From Candidatus Aenigmatarchaeota archaeon (GTDB lineage: Archaea; Aenigmatarchaeota; Aenigmatarchaeia; Aenigmatarchaeales; Aenigmatarchaeaceae): a DNA stretch of 36,338 bases. Below are positions 1 to 8,988 of this stretch, piece after piece (the first letter of the stretch is position 1; each line of letters starts with the position of its first letter). The translations under genes were made by a program, and so were the position numbers. The stretch is taken from NCBI GenBank assembly GCA_043814985.1, contig JBDRJK010000012.1, positions 1 through 36,338 on the forward strand. The letters run 5' to 3'. The notes beneath the pieces were generated by a model. That model searched no databases, had not been told where the DNA came from, and saw only the letters and a list, made by a program, of their open reading frames with translations.

Positions 1-41
1 AAGACTATCATTATTGTAATGTGTTCTTTGCCAAATTTCAT
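1..41 (-). CDS. possible 5' end of a gene running off the window (MKFGKEHITIMIV...)
   Basis: ATG at 41 on the minus strand, open to the window edge; basic then hydrophobic N-terminus; 31 nt downstream of the tspO stop. Confidence 0.3.
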   Translation of the reverse strand, partial: MKFGKEHITIMIV

Positions 42-72
42 TAAAATAAGAGGAACTCCGGAGCTTTTATTT

Positions 73-528
73 CTAATTCAAAATCAAGATATAATAATTC
101 AGAGCAGTGGCAACAGTGACCCACAATATGTACGGTATTAGAATCAAGCCTGCTTTCTTGTCAATCCTGTAGAACTTGATGATTGTAAGAAGTATCGCAA
201 ACCACAAGGGTATTATTCCAGCAAGCCCGTAGAGTGGGTTCTGTAAGCCAAAGAACAGTAATGACCAAATCGCGTTAAGACCTAGCTGTATTGAAAATAA
301 TGAGATAGATATCTTGTCTCTCTTGTCCCAAACAAGATACAGTGATATTCCCATTAGAGTGTACAAACTAATCCACACAGGACCGAACATCCAGCTAGGC
401 GGCGTGAAGAAGGGTTTGTTTAAGTCAACATACCACTCTCCAATAGAGGGTGCTGTGAATATTGAGCCGAATATGCCTGCTCCCTGGCATATGAGAATGA
501 ACAGTAACAATTTGATCCATTTGTTCAT
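73..528 (-). CDS. tspO: TspO/MBR family tryptophan-rich sensory protein
   Basis: WY..LNKPFFTPPSWMFGPVW, LNAIWSLLFFG and LIPYILWVTVATALN motifs; about 5 TM segments. Confidence 0.93.
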   Translation of the reverse strand: MNKWIKLLLFILICQGAGIFGSIFTAPSIGEWYVDLNKPFFTPPSWMFGPVWISLYTLMGISLYLVWDKRDKISISLFSIQLGLNAIWSLLFFGLQNPLYGLAGIIPLWFAILLTIIKFYRIDKKAGLILIPYILWVTVATALNYYILILN

Positions 529-599
529 GGTAAGTAATTTCTTTTGGTCATTTAAAAATCAATTCAACGCTTAAATTTCTAATTGAACAAATATTTGGT

Positions 600-797
600 A
601 TGGATTTTGGCATGGACTTATTGAGAAAAATTCATTATCCTTGTTCTCACAGCAGCGAGAGTGATTGTTCATTGGGAAATGAATGTAATTACAAAACTTG
701 TCCCAACTACGATCCAAAAAAACTTGGTCTCGGCTCTTCCCCATTTTTAACATATAGAGAAATTACAATGATTGGTGGACTAGTAGTAAAAAAATAA
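600..797 (+). CDS. small Cys-rich hypothetical protein, possibly metal-binding
   Basis: 65-aa ORF with four Cys (C-x6-C-x5-C-x4-C); first of three closely spaced + strand ORFs. Confidence 0.45.
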   Translation: MDFGMDLLRKIHYPCSHSSESDCSLGNECNYKTCPNYDPKKLGLGSSPFLTYREITMIGGLVVKK

Positions 798-813
798 AAG
801 ATAAAGAGATTGA

Positions 814-1110
814 ATGTCTGCTAAAAGGCAAAAAACTTGTGTTTTGATTGATCTCCATCTACCTACTAAAGATAATTGCTTGGAAAATGTAAAAAAAATA
901 CCTAGTGTTAAATATACAGAACAGGTCTACGGTCTTTATGAGGCTTTGGCAATGATTGAGACCAGCAATGCTGATGAATTAGATAAAAGCTTGTACGAAA
1001 TAAAAAACGACGATAGTGTGAGATCAATCAATGTCCTCCTTCTTACATGCGGCTGGAAAAGGGAAAATGATGGAAGAATAATAGAAGAAGACTACTTGGG
1101 TACTGAATAA
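814..1110 (+). CDS. Lrp/AsnC ligand-binding (RAM) domain protein without HTH
   Basis: VKKIPSVKYTEQVYGLYEALAMIE..NADELDKSL..IK..DSVRS pattern resembles stand-alone AsnC C-terminal domains. Confidence 0.65.
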   Translation: MSAKRQKTCVLIDLHLPTKDNCLENVKKIPSVKYTEQVYGLYEALAMIETSNADELDKSLYEIKNDDSVRSINVLLLTCGWKRENDGRIIEEDYLGTE

Positions 1111-1143
1111 TAAGAATAAAAAATTTACTGTTGTAATAGAAGC

Positions 1144-1854
1144 ATGGCAAATTTGTTTGATGTAAAAACAAGTGTGAGAACTCTTATTCCAAATATGCCT
1201 CTTGATACAAGAGGCATTGATGAAGATGCGCTAATGCTTGCAGTGGGCAAAAGGAGCGATAAGGACAAAAAAACATCAGTATACTTAATCAGAAAGGAAA
1301 GTACCGATATTGTTAGAAGAAATTTAGACCATAATGACATACCTCTCGTAGCAGTGGAATTTTTAGGCAAGCACTTCGGGAAGCAAATATGCCCGTTTTA
1401 TTTTCTAAACAGTGTGCCTGCCAAACTAAGGCGTTTAACAGGGCATAAAGACGGTTCCTTTGCAACTTATGAAGTACTAGAAGACCCATTTTCAAATCCA
1501 ATAAAGGGAAAATTAGATGAAACAGAACAGTTGCAAAGAGTAATGCCAAAGGAAAGCCTAATTCCCGAAGATCTTGAAGGAAGATATGCAAGACCTTCAT
1601 CAACGGAAACCACTTCAAAAAATTACATGAAAAAGCCGAATAATACTTATCTTAAGGCATGTAAATTATTGGAAAACGGCTTAACTTATCAAAATGCAGA
1701 GGAAGTTTATTCCAACGCTGAAAAGTACTGTGATAAATGCAAAGAGCCTCATAATTCTAACCCAATGACAACATGTGTAGAGGGCTGCGATATCTGGAAA
1801 ATTAAGAATGTTGCCTTGAATATTAGAACAGAGCCTCTGGAATTCTTGAAATAA
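1144..1854 (+). CDS. hypothetical protein with C-terminal Cys cluster
   Basis: 236-aa ORF; CDKC...CVEGC near the C-terminus; no family recognised. Confidence 0.6.
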   Translation: MANLFDVKTSVRTLIPNMPLDTRGIDEDALMLAVGKRSDKDKKTSVYLIRKESTDIVRRNLDHNDIPLVAVEFLGKHFGKQICPFYFLNSVPAKLRRLTGHKDGSFATYEVLEDPFSNPIKGKLDETEQLQRVMPKESLIPEDLEGRYARPSSTETTSKNYMKKPNNTYLKACKLLENGLTYQNAEEVYSNAEKYCDKCKEPHNSNPMTTCVEGCDIWKIKNVALNIRTEPLEFLK

Positions 1855-1894
1855 CAGTTCCAACATATTTAAACCAGGTCATCAAATTTTATCT

Positions 1895-2644
1895 ATGAGC
1901 ATTGCATTTTCTCTTGGCTTGGCGCTTCTTGCCGGTCTTTCCACAACAATAGGCAGTCTTTTCGCCTTCCTAATAAAGAAGAAAAACCCCAAGTTCTCCT
2001 ATCTGTGCGTTGCCTTTGGCTTCTCGGCAGGAGTAATGATATTTGTCTCGTTCACAGAGCTGCTAGCCTATGGCATACGTGCCACTAACATGCTGACTGC
2101 TATTATAGGCTTCTTTGGAGGAATCCTTTTGATTTACCTTGTGGACGTCTCAATACCTCACATTTACGAGGAGGAGAAGCACGGCATGGGAAAGCTGAAA
2201 AGGACAGCACTCATGATTGCCTTGGGAATTGCCATACACAACTTCCCGGAAGGCATAGCAGTCATGTTCTCCTCAATAACAGACGCGAGGCTGGGAATAC
2301 TTATTGCCTTGGCAGTTGCCCTCCATAACATTCCTGAGGGCATTGCAGTTGCCCTCCCAATATTCTATTCGACCAAGAGTAGGAAGAAGGCCTTCTGGTA
2401 CTCGTTCCTTTCAGGCATTGCAGAACCAATAGGAGCTATCCTAGGCTTTTTGTTCTTGTACCAGTTCCTTAACGAGTTTATTCTCGGAATCATACTCTCT
2501 GCGGTTGCTGGCATCATGGTCTTCATAAGCTTTGACGAGATGCTACCCTTTGTCTACAAGCACAAGGAATCAAATGAACACTTATCATTATTGGGCATGT
2601 TTTTGGGTATGTTCATGATTGCACTAAGCATGATAGTTTTATGA
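1895..2644 (+). CDS. zupT: ZIP family zinc/metal transporter
   Basis: FSAGVMIFVSF, IAIHNFPEG, ALHNIPEGIAV and SGIAEPIGA motifs. Confidence 0.93.
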   Translation: MSIAFSLGLALLAGLSTTIGSLFAFLIKKKNPKFSYLCVAFGFSAGVMIFVSFTELLAYGIRATNMLTAIIGFFGGILLIYLVDVSIPHIYEEEKHGMGKLKRTALMIALGIAIHNFPEGIAVMFSSITDARLGILIALAVALHNIPEGIAVALPIFYSTKSRKKAFWYSFLSGIAEPIGAILGFLFLYQFLNEFILGIILSAVAGIMVFISFDEMLPFVYKHKESNEHLSLLGMFLGMFMIALSMIVL

Positions 2645-2666
2645 TTTCTATCAAGAATAAAAATAG

Positions 2667-3224
2667 CTATTTTCTGGAGACGAACTCATTCTCCTTTATG
2701 TAGAACCTTAGTAGCAATTCTTGCCCTTTGGAGAGTCCTATTCTGGTTGTTTTATGAATCTTTGGCTTCTCCTTTGAGTCCTCTATGAACAGCCTGTCCT
2801 TAGTCAAATCCAAGCCATCAAAGCTCTTGTCTATGCCAAAAGCTTGGGTCAGCTTGCCAGGCCCGTTTGTGAGGTCCTTTAGCTTATCCTTTCCTCTCCT
2901 TTTTTTCATCAGCTCAATTCCTTCAAGGGGCTCTAAAGCCCTTATGAGAACAGCGCTAGGCACACCCTCTCTTTCGGTGACAACATTGAACATCCAGTGG
3001 TTTCCATAGGTAAAGTAGACATAAGCTATCCCAGGCTTCTGGTACATAAGTATATTTCTCTTAGTGACCTTCCCAAAGGCATGGGAAGCAGGGTCAGTGG
3101 CCCCGAAATATGCCTCTGTCTCAACTATCTTGCCTTTGCACCTGCCATTGACCAGAATCTTTCCAAGCAGATCCTTGGCAATTGTTTTGGTGTTCCTTGA
3201 ATAGAACTTTCTGTTAAGCCTCAT
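2667..3224 (-). CDS. mpg: DNA-3-methyladenine glycosylase (AAG/MPG family)
   Basis: IVETEAY, DPASHA, AYVYFTYG, AVLIRALEP, GPGKLTQA and RIG motifs. Confidence 0.95.
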   Translation of the reverse strand: MRLNRKFYSRNTKTIAKDLLGKILVNGRCKGKIVETEAYFGATDPASHAFGKVTKRNILMYQKPGIAYVYFTYGNHWMFNVVTEREGVPSAVLIRALEPLEGIELMKKRRGKDKLKDLTNGPGKLTQAFGIDKSFDGLDLTKDRLFIEDSKEKPKIHKTTRIGLSKGQELLLRFYIKENEFVSRK

Positions 3225-3231
3225 AATAAAA

Positions 3232-4007
3232 CTATAGATTATTAAAGTTTAAATCTTAGCAAAATTTTCTCAACTTATCAATGTCTATAGATTCCAAATT
3301 TTCGTTTTTACAGATTTCCAGTGTTTCAAAATCATATTTTTAATTTCTATCAAATCTATAGATTCAATTTCATGAATTTTTCAAAATTTCACAAACCAAA
3401 TTTGCACATTATACAATTTTCACAAATTCTATAGGTTTTGAAAAATGGGGAAAATGAAATTTTTAATTCCTCAATTGTCAAAAAGCCATTGACTTAATTT
3501 TTTGCCTGAGAAAATTTATTGTTAAAATCAGGGAAGCCAGGTGCCAAAACAATCTATAGCGAGCCCCTAAAGCCACCCCTGGAATACCTGAATAATTTAA
3601 AAAGTTAGACAATCGTCTATTTTCCCGTTTTTAGCCATTTTTTATGCATTTTTGTAAAGTATGTAAAGTATTTTATTATTTTACTAAGGAAACAAGAATA
3701 CTTTATAAAGTATAATTCAAAATTGAAAAACATAATTTTAATTATTTTTCTTTCAACAGCCTCTCCAGCATATCCCCGAAAGATTCCCCAGCTTCCTTTT
3801 TTTCAGAAAGCCTTTTTTTCAAATCCTTTGTTATCATGATGGTTGTGAACTTGCCAGATTTTTTTACAGCCCTCTTTGCAGGTAATTTTATTTTTTCAAC
3901 AGAGGCTGGCTCTTCTAGTGGTTTTTCTATAGGAATTTCATCTATAGCAGGCTTTTCTATAGGTTTTGGTATATCTAACCCTACCTTAGTGGGAGGCTCT
4001 TCTATAG
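3232..4007. repeat. cluster of nine palindromic CTATAG-core repeats
   Basis: CTATAG at 3232, 3285, 3356, 3429, 3554 (intergenic) and 3927, 3942, 3957, 4002 (inside the 121-aa ORF); eight of nine are TCTATAG; AATCTATAGATT 3353-3364 is a perfect palindrome. Confidence 0.75.
3654..3713. repeat. TAAAGTAT motif cluster: tandem GTAAAGTAT x2 plus a 16-bp palindrome
   Basis: GTAAAGTAT at 3654 and 3663; ATACTTTATAAAGTAT at 3698-3713; GTAAAGTATTTT recurs at 4174-4185. Confidence 0.7.
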
Positions 4008-4107
4008 ATTTCACAGTTGCAACCCTGTTTTCCTGCTTTACTTTCTCAATCAGGTCCTTCCACAAGGAGTCATCAGACTTCTCCTCACCTTTCTTATTGT
4101 CAGCCAT
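3742..4107 (-). CDS. protein with low-complexity P/E/K linker and C-terminal ribbon-helix-helix-like DNA-binding domain
   Basis: C-terminus FTTIMITKDLKKRLSEKKEAGESFGDMLERLL fits the archaeal RHH/antitoxin-like pattern. Confidence 0.7.
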   Translation of the reverse strand: MADNKKGEEKSDDSLWKDLIEKVKQENRVATVKSIEEPPTKVGLDIPKPIEKPAIDEIPIEKPLEEPASVEKIKLPAKRAVKKSGKFTTIMITKDLKKRLSEKKEAGESFGDMLERLLKEK

Positions 4108-4198
4108 AATTATGATTACCAGTCCCTGCTTTTATATTTTTTCCATAATCTATAATTTTTTAAGGCTGAAACCGTAAAGTATTTTCATTAGTGATGCT

Positions 4199-5188
4199 AT
4201 GGTCTGGTACGAGAGATACGGATGGACATCTAATCCCTTTGAGCTAAAGCCAAAGCCAGATCTCATATCAGGCTTTGATGAAATAAGGGAAGAGCTCTTA
4301 GACTATATCAAGTCTGGCAGCTGCTGCCTCCTCTTGGGCAAGGAAGGCATGGGCAAGACCACTCTCCTAAAGTGGCTGGAGAAGTATGCTATATCAGAAG
4401 GCATCCCTCTTTATATCAACACCTCTGGTATGAAAGGAGTGGAGCTGAAGCAGATGGACCTTGACAAGCTGATTAAGGAGAAAACAGGCCTCCTGGGCAA
4501 GATGCTCAATAAAGGCAAGGAAATCATACTTCTCATTGACGAGGCCCAAGACCTGCCACCATTGATGGGAAAGGCCATAAAAAGGAGCTTTGACAACAAT
4601 GTCATCAAGGCAGTTGTTTTGGCATCTGAAACAGACAAACTTGAGAACCTTGGCAAAAGCCTCTTGGACGATGTTTCTAAAAGAAAGGTCAAATTAAGAC
4701 CTATGAAGCAGGAAGAAGCTTTGAATATGATATACAACAGGGTCCAGTTCAGGAACCCCTTTGAGATTGGAAGCCTCGATATCATCTTCAATAAAGCCGG
4801 TTACATACCAAAGGACATTCTCGAGCTCTGTGAGTTTCTGGCAAAGGAGAACCAGAAAACAACACTAACCAAGGCATTTCTTGTCAAGTACTTTGAAGAT
4901 GTGGAGACTGAGCCAGATTTAGAAGATTATATGGGGAAGTTCTCACCTCTCCAGAGGAAGATCATCAATGTTTTGAGATGGGAGAATGCCAGACCCAGTG
5001 AAATAGCTGCCAAGCTGGGAAAGCCAACAAAGACAATAACTGGCCAGCTGGCTTATTTGGGTCTTAAGTCTCGTGTTGAGGTCATGAAGAGAAAAGGAAT
5101 AGAAAAACCCATTGTTGAAAAGGCTTCTGAAAAGCCACCCGTCTACAGATTAACTAAAGAAGTAAGAGATTTCTTAGGCGACAACTAG
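4199..5188 (+). CDS. AAA+ ATPase with C-terminal winged-helix domain
   Basis: Walker A GKEGMGKT; Walker B LLIDEAQ; ExeA-like N-terminal YGWTSNPF; wHTH-like SPLQRKIINVL...PSEIAAKLGK. Confidence 0.85.
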   Translation: MVWYERYGWTSNPFELKPKPDLISGFDEIREELLDYIKSGSCCLLLGKEGMGKTTLLKWLEKYAISEGIPLYINTSGMKGVELKQMDLDKLIKEKTGLLGKMLNKGKEIILLIDEAQDLPPLMGKAIKRSFDNNVIKAVVLASETDKLENLGKSLLDDVSKRKVKLRPMKQEEALNMIYNRVQFRNPFEIGSLDIIFNKAGYIPKDILELCEFLAKENQKTTLTKAFLVKYFEDVETEPDLEDYMGKFSPLQRKIINVLRWENARPSEIAAKLGKPTKTITGQLAYLGLKSRVEVMKRKGIEKPIVEKASEKPPVYRLTKEVRDFLGDN

Positions 5189-5224
5189 AGTAATTTTAAA
5201 TCCTAAGTTTTCCATATTCTATAC

Positions 5225-5422
5225 ATGTCAAGGGAAAGGCCTGTATGGTTCTGGGCATTGATCGTTATTCTAATGATGATATGGATGTTGGGCGGAACCC
5301 AGGCAGTCATATACATTCTGGAAGGCCAGATAATCCTTGGCGAAATAGTCATAATAATATCCACCATTATTATAGTGGCGTTATACTATGGCTTTGAGTG
5401 GTGGTTTACCAGAAGGCAATAA
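5225..5422 (+). CDS. small membrane protein (2 TM)
   Basis: two hydrophobic segments; co-oriented with neighbours. Confidence 0.65.
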   Translation: MSRERPVWFWALIVILMMIWMLGGTQAVIYILEGQIILGEIVIIISTIIIVALYYGFEWWFTRRQ

Positions 5423-5455
5423 TTCTTTAATTCTAAAACTTCCTATATCTCTATC

Positions 5456-5650
5456 ATGAAGAACATAAGCTACAAGGTATTCCCCTGGCCAATGAGAACA
5501 GTTGATCTTGAAAAGACTCTGAAAAGTGTAGAGCAATTTGTCAACAAGCCAGGTGTGCTGGATGTCATATCGATTATTAACACGACTTTCGGCATAGTGG
5601 TCTGGTACAAGACAGTCAAGGGCTTCAAGATCATACAGAAGAAACCTTAA
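5456..5650 (+). CDS. small hypothetical protein
   Basis: 64-aa ORF with ATG downstream of a TATA-like element; codon usage similar to neighbours. Confidence 0.6.
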   Translation: MKNISYKVFPWPMRTVDLEKTLKSVEQFVNKPGVLDVISIINTTFGIVVWYKTVKGFKIIQKKP

Positions 5651-5722
5651 TTGGAACAAAAAATATTTAAGCTTAAGAACCTTAATTATGGAAGGCTTTT
5701 TCTCTCCCCTGAAAGTGATATA

Positions 5723-6232
5723 ATGACAACATGGGATAAACTTGTTAAAGGTTTGGCAAAGAAGAGCTTTGAAATCAATGAATTAAGAAAGGATTTGACT
5801 GAAGAGGATTTCAAAAAATATTGTAAAAAAATTGAAAGGTTTTATACAAGCAACAGATATTCTGGCGAAAACAATTCCACCCCGAATCTAGTTTCCTACA
5901 AGACACTAAGAGATTTCAAAGAAAAACATGCAATAACAACCGTGATTCATGATTATGGAAGTATTATAGATTTCTGTTATCCAAATGATTTAAATGGCGG
6001 TGAAACTGTCTGTAGACCTTTCCTATATGCTGGTGTCTTTACACAGAAATATAAACCAGAGCCTGAAACACCCACCATTGAATTATCAGAATTAGAAGAT
6101 TGGGGTATTATGACTGGAAATGTGGCATCAGGTGAAATTCTTGAGAAGCCAAAAAACTTAAGTGAAAGTGTTAAGAAAATAAATAAACAAATTGTCAGAG
6201 AACTCTTGGAAATGAACCTTATAATAAATTAA
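5723..6232 (+). CDS. hypothetical protein
   Basis: track ORF begins at TTG 5651; in-frame ATG 5723 preceded by SD-like GTGAT is preferred. Confidence 0.6.
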   Translation: MTTWDKLVKGLAKKSFEINELRKDLTEEDFKKYCKKIERFYTSNRYSGENNSTPNLVSYKTLRDFKEKHAITTVIHDYGSIIDFCYPNDLNGGETVCRPFLYAGVFTQKYKPEPETPTIELSELEDWGIMTGNVASGEILEKPKNLSESVKKINKQIVRELLEMNLIIN

Positions 6233-6291
6233 CTTTTTATTTGTAGTGCGTTGAAAGTCAAGTATTTAAAATTTAGTTTGCATTTCTTATT

Positions 6292-6558
6292 ATGGCAGAA
6301 AGAGTTGAGCTAAGCGCTTTTCTGAACGAGCTCATATCAATTCTAAAGAAAAAGTTCGAGGTCTACGACGGTAACATAAAATCAATGAGGCAGGACATCA
6401 ACAGGCTTTCAAATTCCCGGGACGATGCTTCTATCAGGGAACTGAATAACAGGATAAAGATATTAGAGAACACTTTGAACTCAATGAAGGCCAGGACCCA
6501 GGTTGACACGTCAATACTAAAGGTATTGGAGAGTGATAATGGTGAAAGAAAATCTTGA
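6292..6558 (+). CDS. coiled-coil hypothetical protein
   Basis: heptad-rich 88-aa ORF overlapping the next ORF. Confidence 0.7.
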   Translation: MAERVELSAFLNELISILKKKFEVYDGNIKSMRQDINRLSNSRDDASIRELNNRIKILENTLNSMKARTQVDTSILKVLESDNGERKS

Positions 6559-6904
6559 GCCGATAATAAAGGCCCAGATGAACACGCTGAAGGCCCAGAT
6601 AAACATACTGAAGGATTATGTTGAGAGCTCCGAGGAGAGCAATGTCAGGCTGAAATACATCATAGCGAACGAGCTTGTGGAAGCTCTGATTCAGAGGTTT
6701 GAAAAGAACGAGGACAAGATAGACTTCATAAAGCAAAAGATAGAGTCAATTGAGATGAAGCTGGAGGAAAAGATGTCAGAGTTACATAGGATAGCAAAAA
6801 TGGAGCTTAGCGAAGAGGCCCTCTCCAAGTCAATATCAAAGCTGATGAAAGAGAAGGAAGTAGAGGTCGACTCGAAGCCCCTTCTTGACCTGAAGAATAT
6901 TTAG
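6533..6904 (+). CDS. coiled-coil hypothetical protein
   Basis: E/K-rich helical ORF; GGAGAGTGAT upstream of ATG 6539 suggests coupling to the previous gene. Confidence 0.7.
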   Translation: MIMVKENLEPIIKAQMNTLKAQINILKDYVESSEESNVRLKYIIANELVEALIQRFEKNEDKIDFIKQKIESIEMKLEEKMSELHRIAKMELSEEALSKSISKLMKEKEVEVDSKPLLDLKNI

Positions 6905-7000
6905 TCTTCTAAAAGAGTGATAGGATTTAACTTCTCAAAAGATAGCTTTAAATATTTCCCTAGTCCTAAGAAAATTAAAACATCATTGGGGGTTATTTGT

Positions 7001-7075
7001 ATGTATGACGTATTTGATGAAGAATTTGAAAAAGAAGAAACAGAAAAACCTGAAAACGATTTTGACGACTGGTGA
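7001..7075 (+). CDS. 24-aa highly acidic micro-protein MYDVFDEEFEKEETEKPENDFDDW
   Basis: ATG 7001 to TGA 7075; GGGGGT SD-like element upstream; TTTAAATA box near 6947; not in the ORF track. Confidence 0.55.
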   Translation: MYDVFDEEFEKEETEKPENDFDDW

Positions 7076-7095
7076 AGTTGCCCGTTTTTGTTCTT

Positions 7096-7809
7096 TTATT
7101 TTTCTATGAATAATTGTCCGAATAGGCTAAAGGCTATTGTGCTTGATATGAAAAATGTTGCTGCAGAGCCTATCCATGGCCCAAGCCACAGTATAAGAAC
7201 AGATTTGAGTACCATTGCTATTATTACTGATACAAGCCAAGCCAAAACATACTTTGACTTGAATGCCTTCTTGGTGACTAAATTCAGGTCGAATGCCTTG
7301 CCGAACTTCTTGGTCTTGATGTAGTTCAATATGCCGATTGGAGACAGAAATACTGCAACCAACATCAATAGTAATCCAAGAAGTATCATTGGAATCACTA
7401 TGGCAGACATGCTAAGAAGTGTTGGTAGCATCTGCATCCAGTTCTGTGAGAATATCTCTCTTAATCCACCAGCTGCAACTGTTGTTGAAACGCCTTCTGG
7501 CATTAGCCCGATGAATGTCGGCAATAGGTACGCAGCTGTGTAGCCGATTGACAATGTCAAAACTATTAATGACGGAATTGCGTAGATGAACATTATCAGG
7601 TACGACATAAAGCCCTTGATGAACAAGTCTTCGAACTTATTCCAGCCAGGCATCTTTCTTGAAGGCTTGTTACTTCCCACGCCCGAGCATTCCAAGACAA
7701 ATCCCTGCGTTACCCAGTTTATCACTGGAACAGCGCTGAGTATAATTCCAAGGAACAGCTTTCCAAGATCAGTAAAAGGTTTTTTGACAGCATCTTCGTA
7801 GTTTATCAT
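7096..7809 (-). CDS. DUF4013-like membrane protein
   Basis: AVKKPFTD..KLFLG..L...PVINWVTQGF...MPGWNKFEDLFIKG...FGKAFD pattern; 4 or more TM segments. Confidence 0.8.
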   Translation of the reverse strand: MINYEDAVKKPFTDLGKLFLGIILSAVPVINWVTQGFVLECSGVGSNKPSRKMPGWNKFEDLFIKGFMSYLIMFIYAIPSLIVLTLSIGYTAAYLLPTFIGLMPEGVSTTVAAGGLREIFSQNWMQMLPTLLSMSAIVIPMILLGLLLMLVAVFLSPIGILNYIKTKKFGKAFDLNLVTKKAFKSKYVLAWLVSVIIAMVLKSVLILWLGPWIGSAATFFISSTIAFSLFGQLFIEK

Positions 7810-7860
7810 TTAATACCCCCTTATTTTATAATTATACTTTGTTTTCCAGTATAAAAGCAT

Positions 7861-8952
7861 TCACAGAAGCCGAATAATGTTTTCCTTGAGCTTCTTCCAG
7901 TCCTTTGCCATTATTACTGCAGCAGCGGCAGGTGCATGCCCCCCACCGTTTGCATTCTTCAAGTCTTTGATAGATTTTCTTGCAAGCTCACCGCAGTCAA
8001 CCTTTCCGTCCTGCCTTCTAAAGCTGACATGCATTTTGTCCTTGCTCTTCCTTGCAACAACAAGGGTGCAGTTCCTGTTCTTCATGCTTATTTTTGTTGA
8101 GATGGGTGATTTTATTGCGAATTTGGTTTTTAATTCTAGAATTATCAGATTTTTATTTTTAAATATCTCAGCTTCCCCTTTCCAATTTTTCATGACACAT
8201 TTCATCTCTTCCTCGATCTCATCGTACATTTTTTTGAGCTTTTTTGCTGGTTCTGTTTTTAGTTTGATGACATCCATTGGAGATTCCGACTTCATGTAGA
8301 TTTTATACCCAAGTTTTATTGCTCCAATGCCTGAATGGAAATAGCCAGAGGTAATCAAGTTGTTAATGTAACCGAGTTTGTTATCAAATGTGTAGAGATT
8401 TTTACCTTTCAGGTAGGGATACTTTTTGTATATCTTATTCAGAAAATCTTTCCACGCTGGTCCAGAGCAGTCGTTAATTATTCCCAGGCCTGCCACCCAG
8501 TCCATATCTTCTATGTCTGCTATCTTCTTGCAGATGTCAAAGGTCATCTTGCTTGCAGCGTATTGGGAAGGCTTTATCTTTGATTTCCAGAAAGAAGAGT
8601 TGACATGAACAATGTTCTTGACCCTGTTAAGATTTCTTTTGACTTGATGATGGTCTATTATCAGAATCTTGTGCTTTTTGGCAAGCTTCAGCATGTATTC
8701 AGGGTGTGCGTCCGCAGCTATGTCAACTATTATTATGTTGTCCTTTCCCTCGGACAGCTTTTTGTAACTGCTTTCCATGGTGGCATTGAACATGTCATGG
8801 TAGGCTGGAATCGCCTTCGGGTATTTTCCAAAAAGCCTCTTCAGAGTCTTGGCAACAATGACAGCAGCCCCTATACCATCTCCATCAGTATCATAGATAA
8901 TGACAGTTTTACCTCTGCAGTTTTTTATAAATTCAACAGCCTTCTCAAACAT
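7861..8952 (-). CDS. DHH/DHHA1 family phosphoesterase (RecJ-like/NrnA-like)
   Basis: DTDGDG, IVDIA, IIDHH, SFRR and GGGHAPAAA motifs. Confidence 0.9.
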   Translation of the reverse strand: MFEKAVEFIKNCRGKTVIIYDTDGDGIGAAVIVAKTLKRLFGKYPKAIPAYHDMFNATMESSYKKLSEGKDNIIIVDIAADAHPEYMLKLAKKHKILIIDHHQVKRNLNRVKNIVHVNSSFWKSKIKPSQYAASKMTFDICKKIADIEDMDWVAGLGIINDCSGPAWKDFLNKIYKKYPYLKGKNLYTFDNKLGYINNLITSGYFHSGIGAIKLGYKIYMKSESPMDVIKLKTEPAKKLKKMYDEIEEEMKCVMKNWKGEAEIFKNKNLIILELKTKFAIKSPISTKISMKNRNCTLVVARKSKDKMHVSFRRQDGKVDCGELARKSIKDLKNANGGGHAPAAAAVIMAKDWKKLKENIIRLL

Positions 8953-8988
8953 ATAGAATATTTTCCACGACTACTTAAAATCTTGAGT

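Noticed and set aside
3225..3741. CRISPR array or canonical ORB elements
   Set aside because: The repeats are 6-16 bp and irregularly spaced, with no repeat-spacer units, no cas genes and no convincing ORB with G-string.
4199..5188. Naming the ATPase cdc6/orc1
   Set aside because: The domain layout is similar, but the sequence lacks clear Cdc6 signatures and has an ExeA-like N-terminus, so no symbol was assigned.
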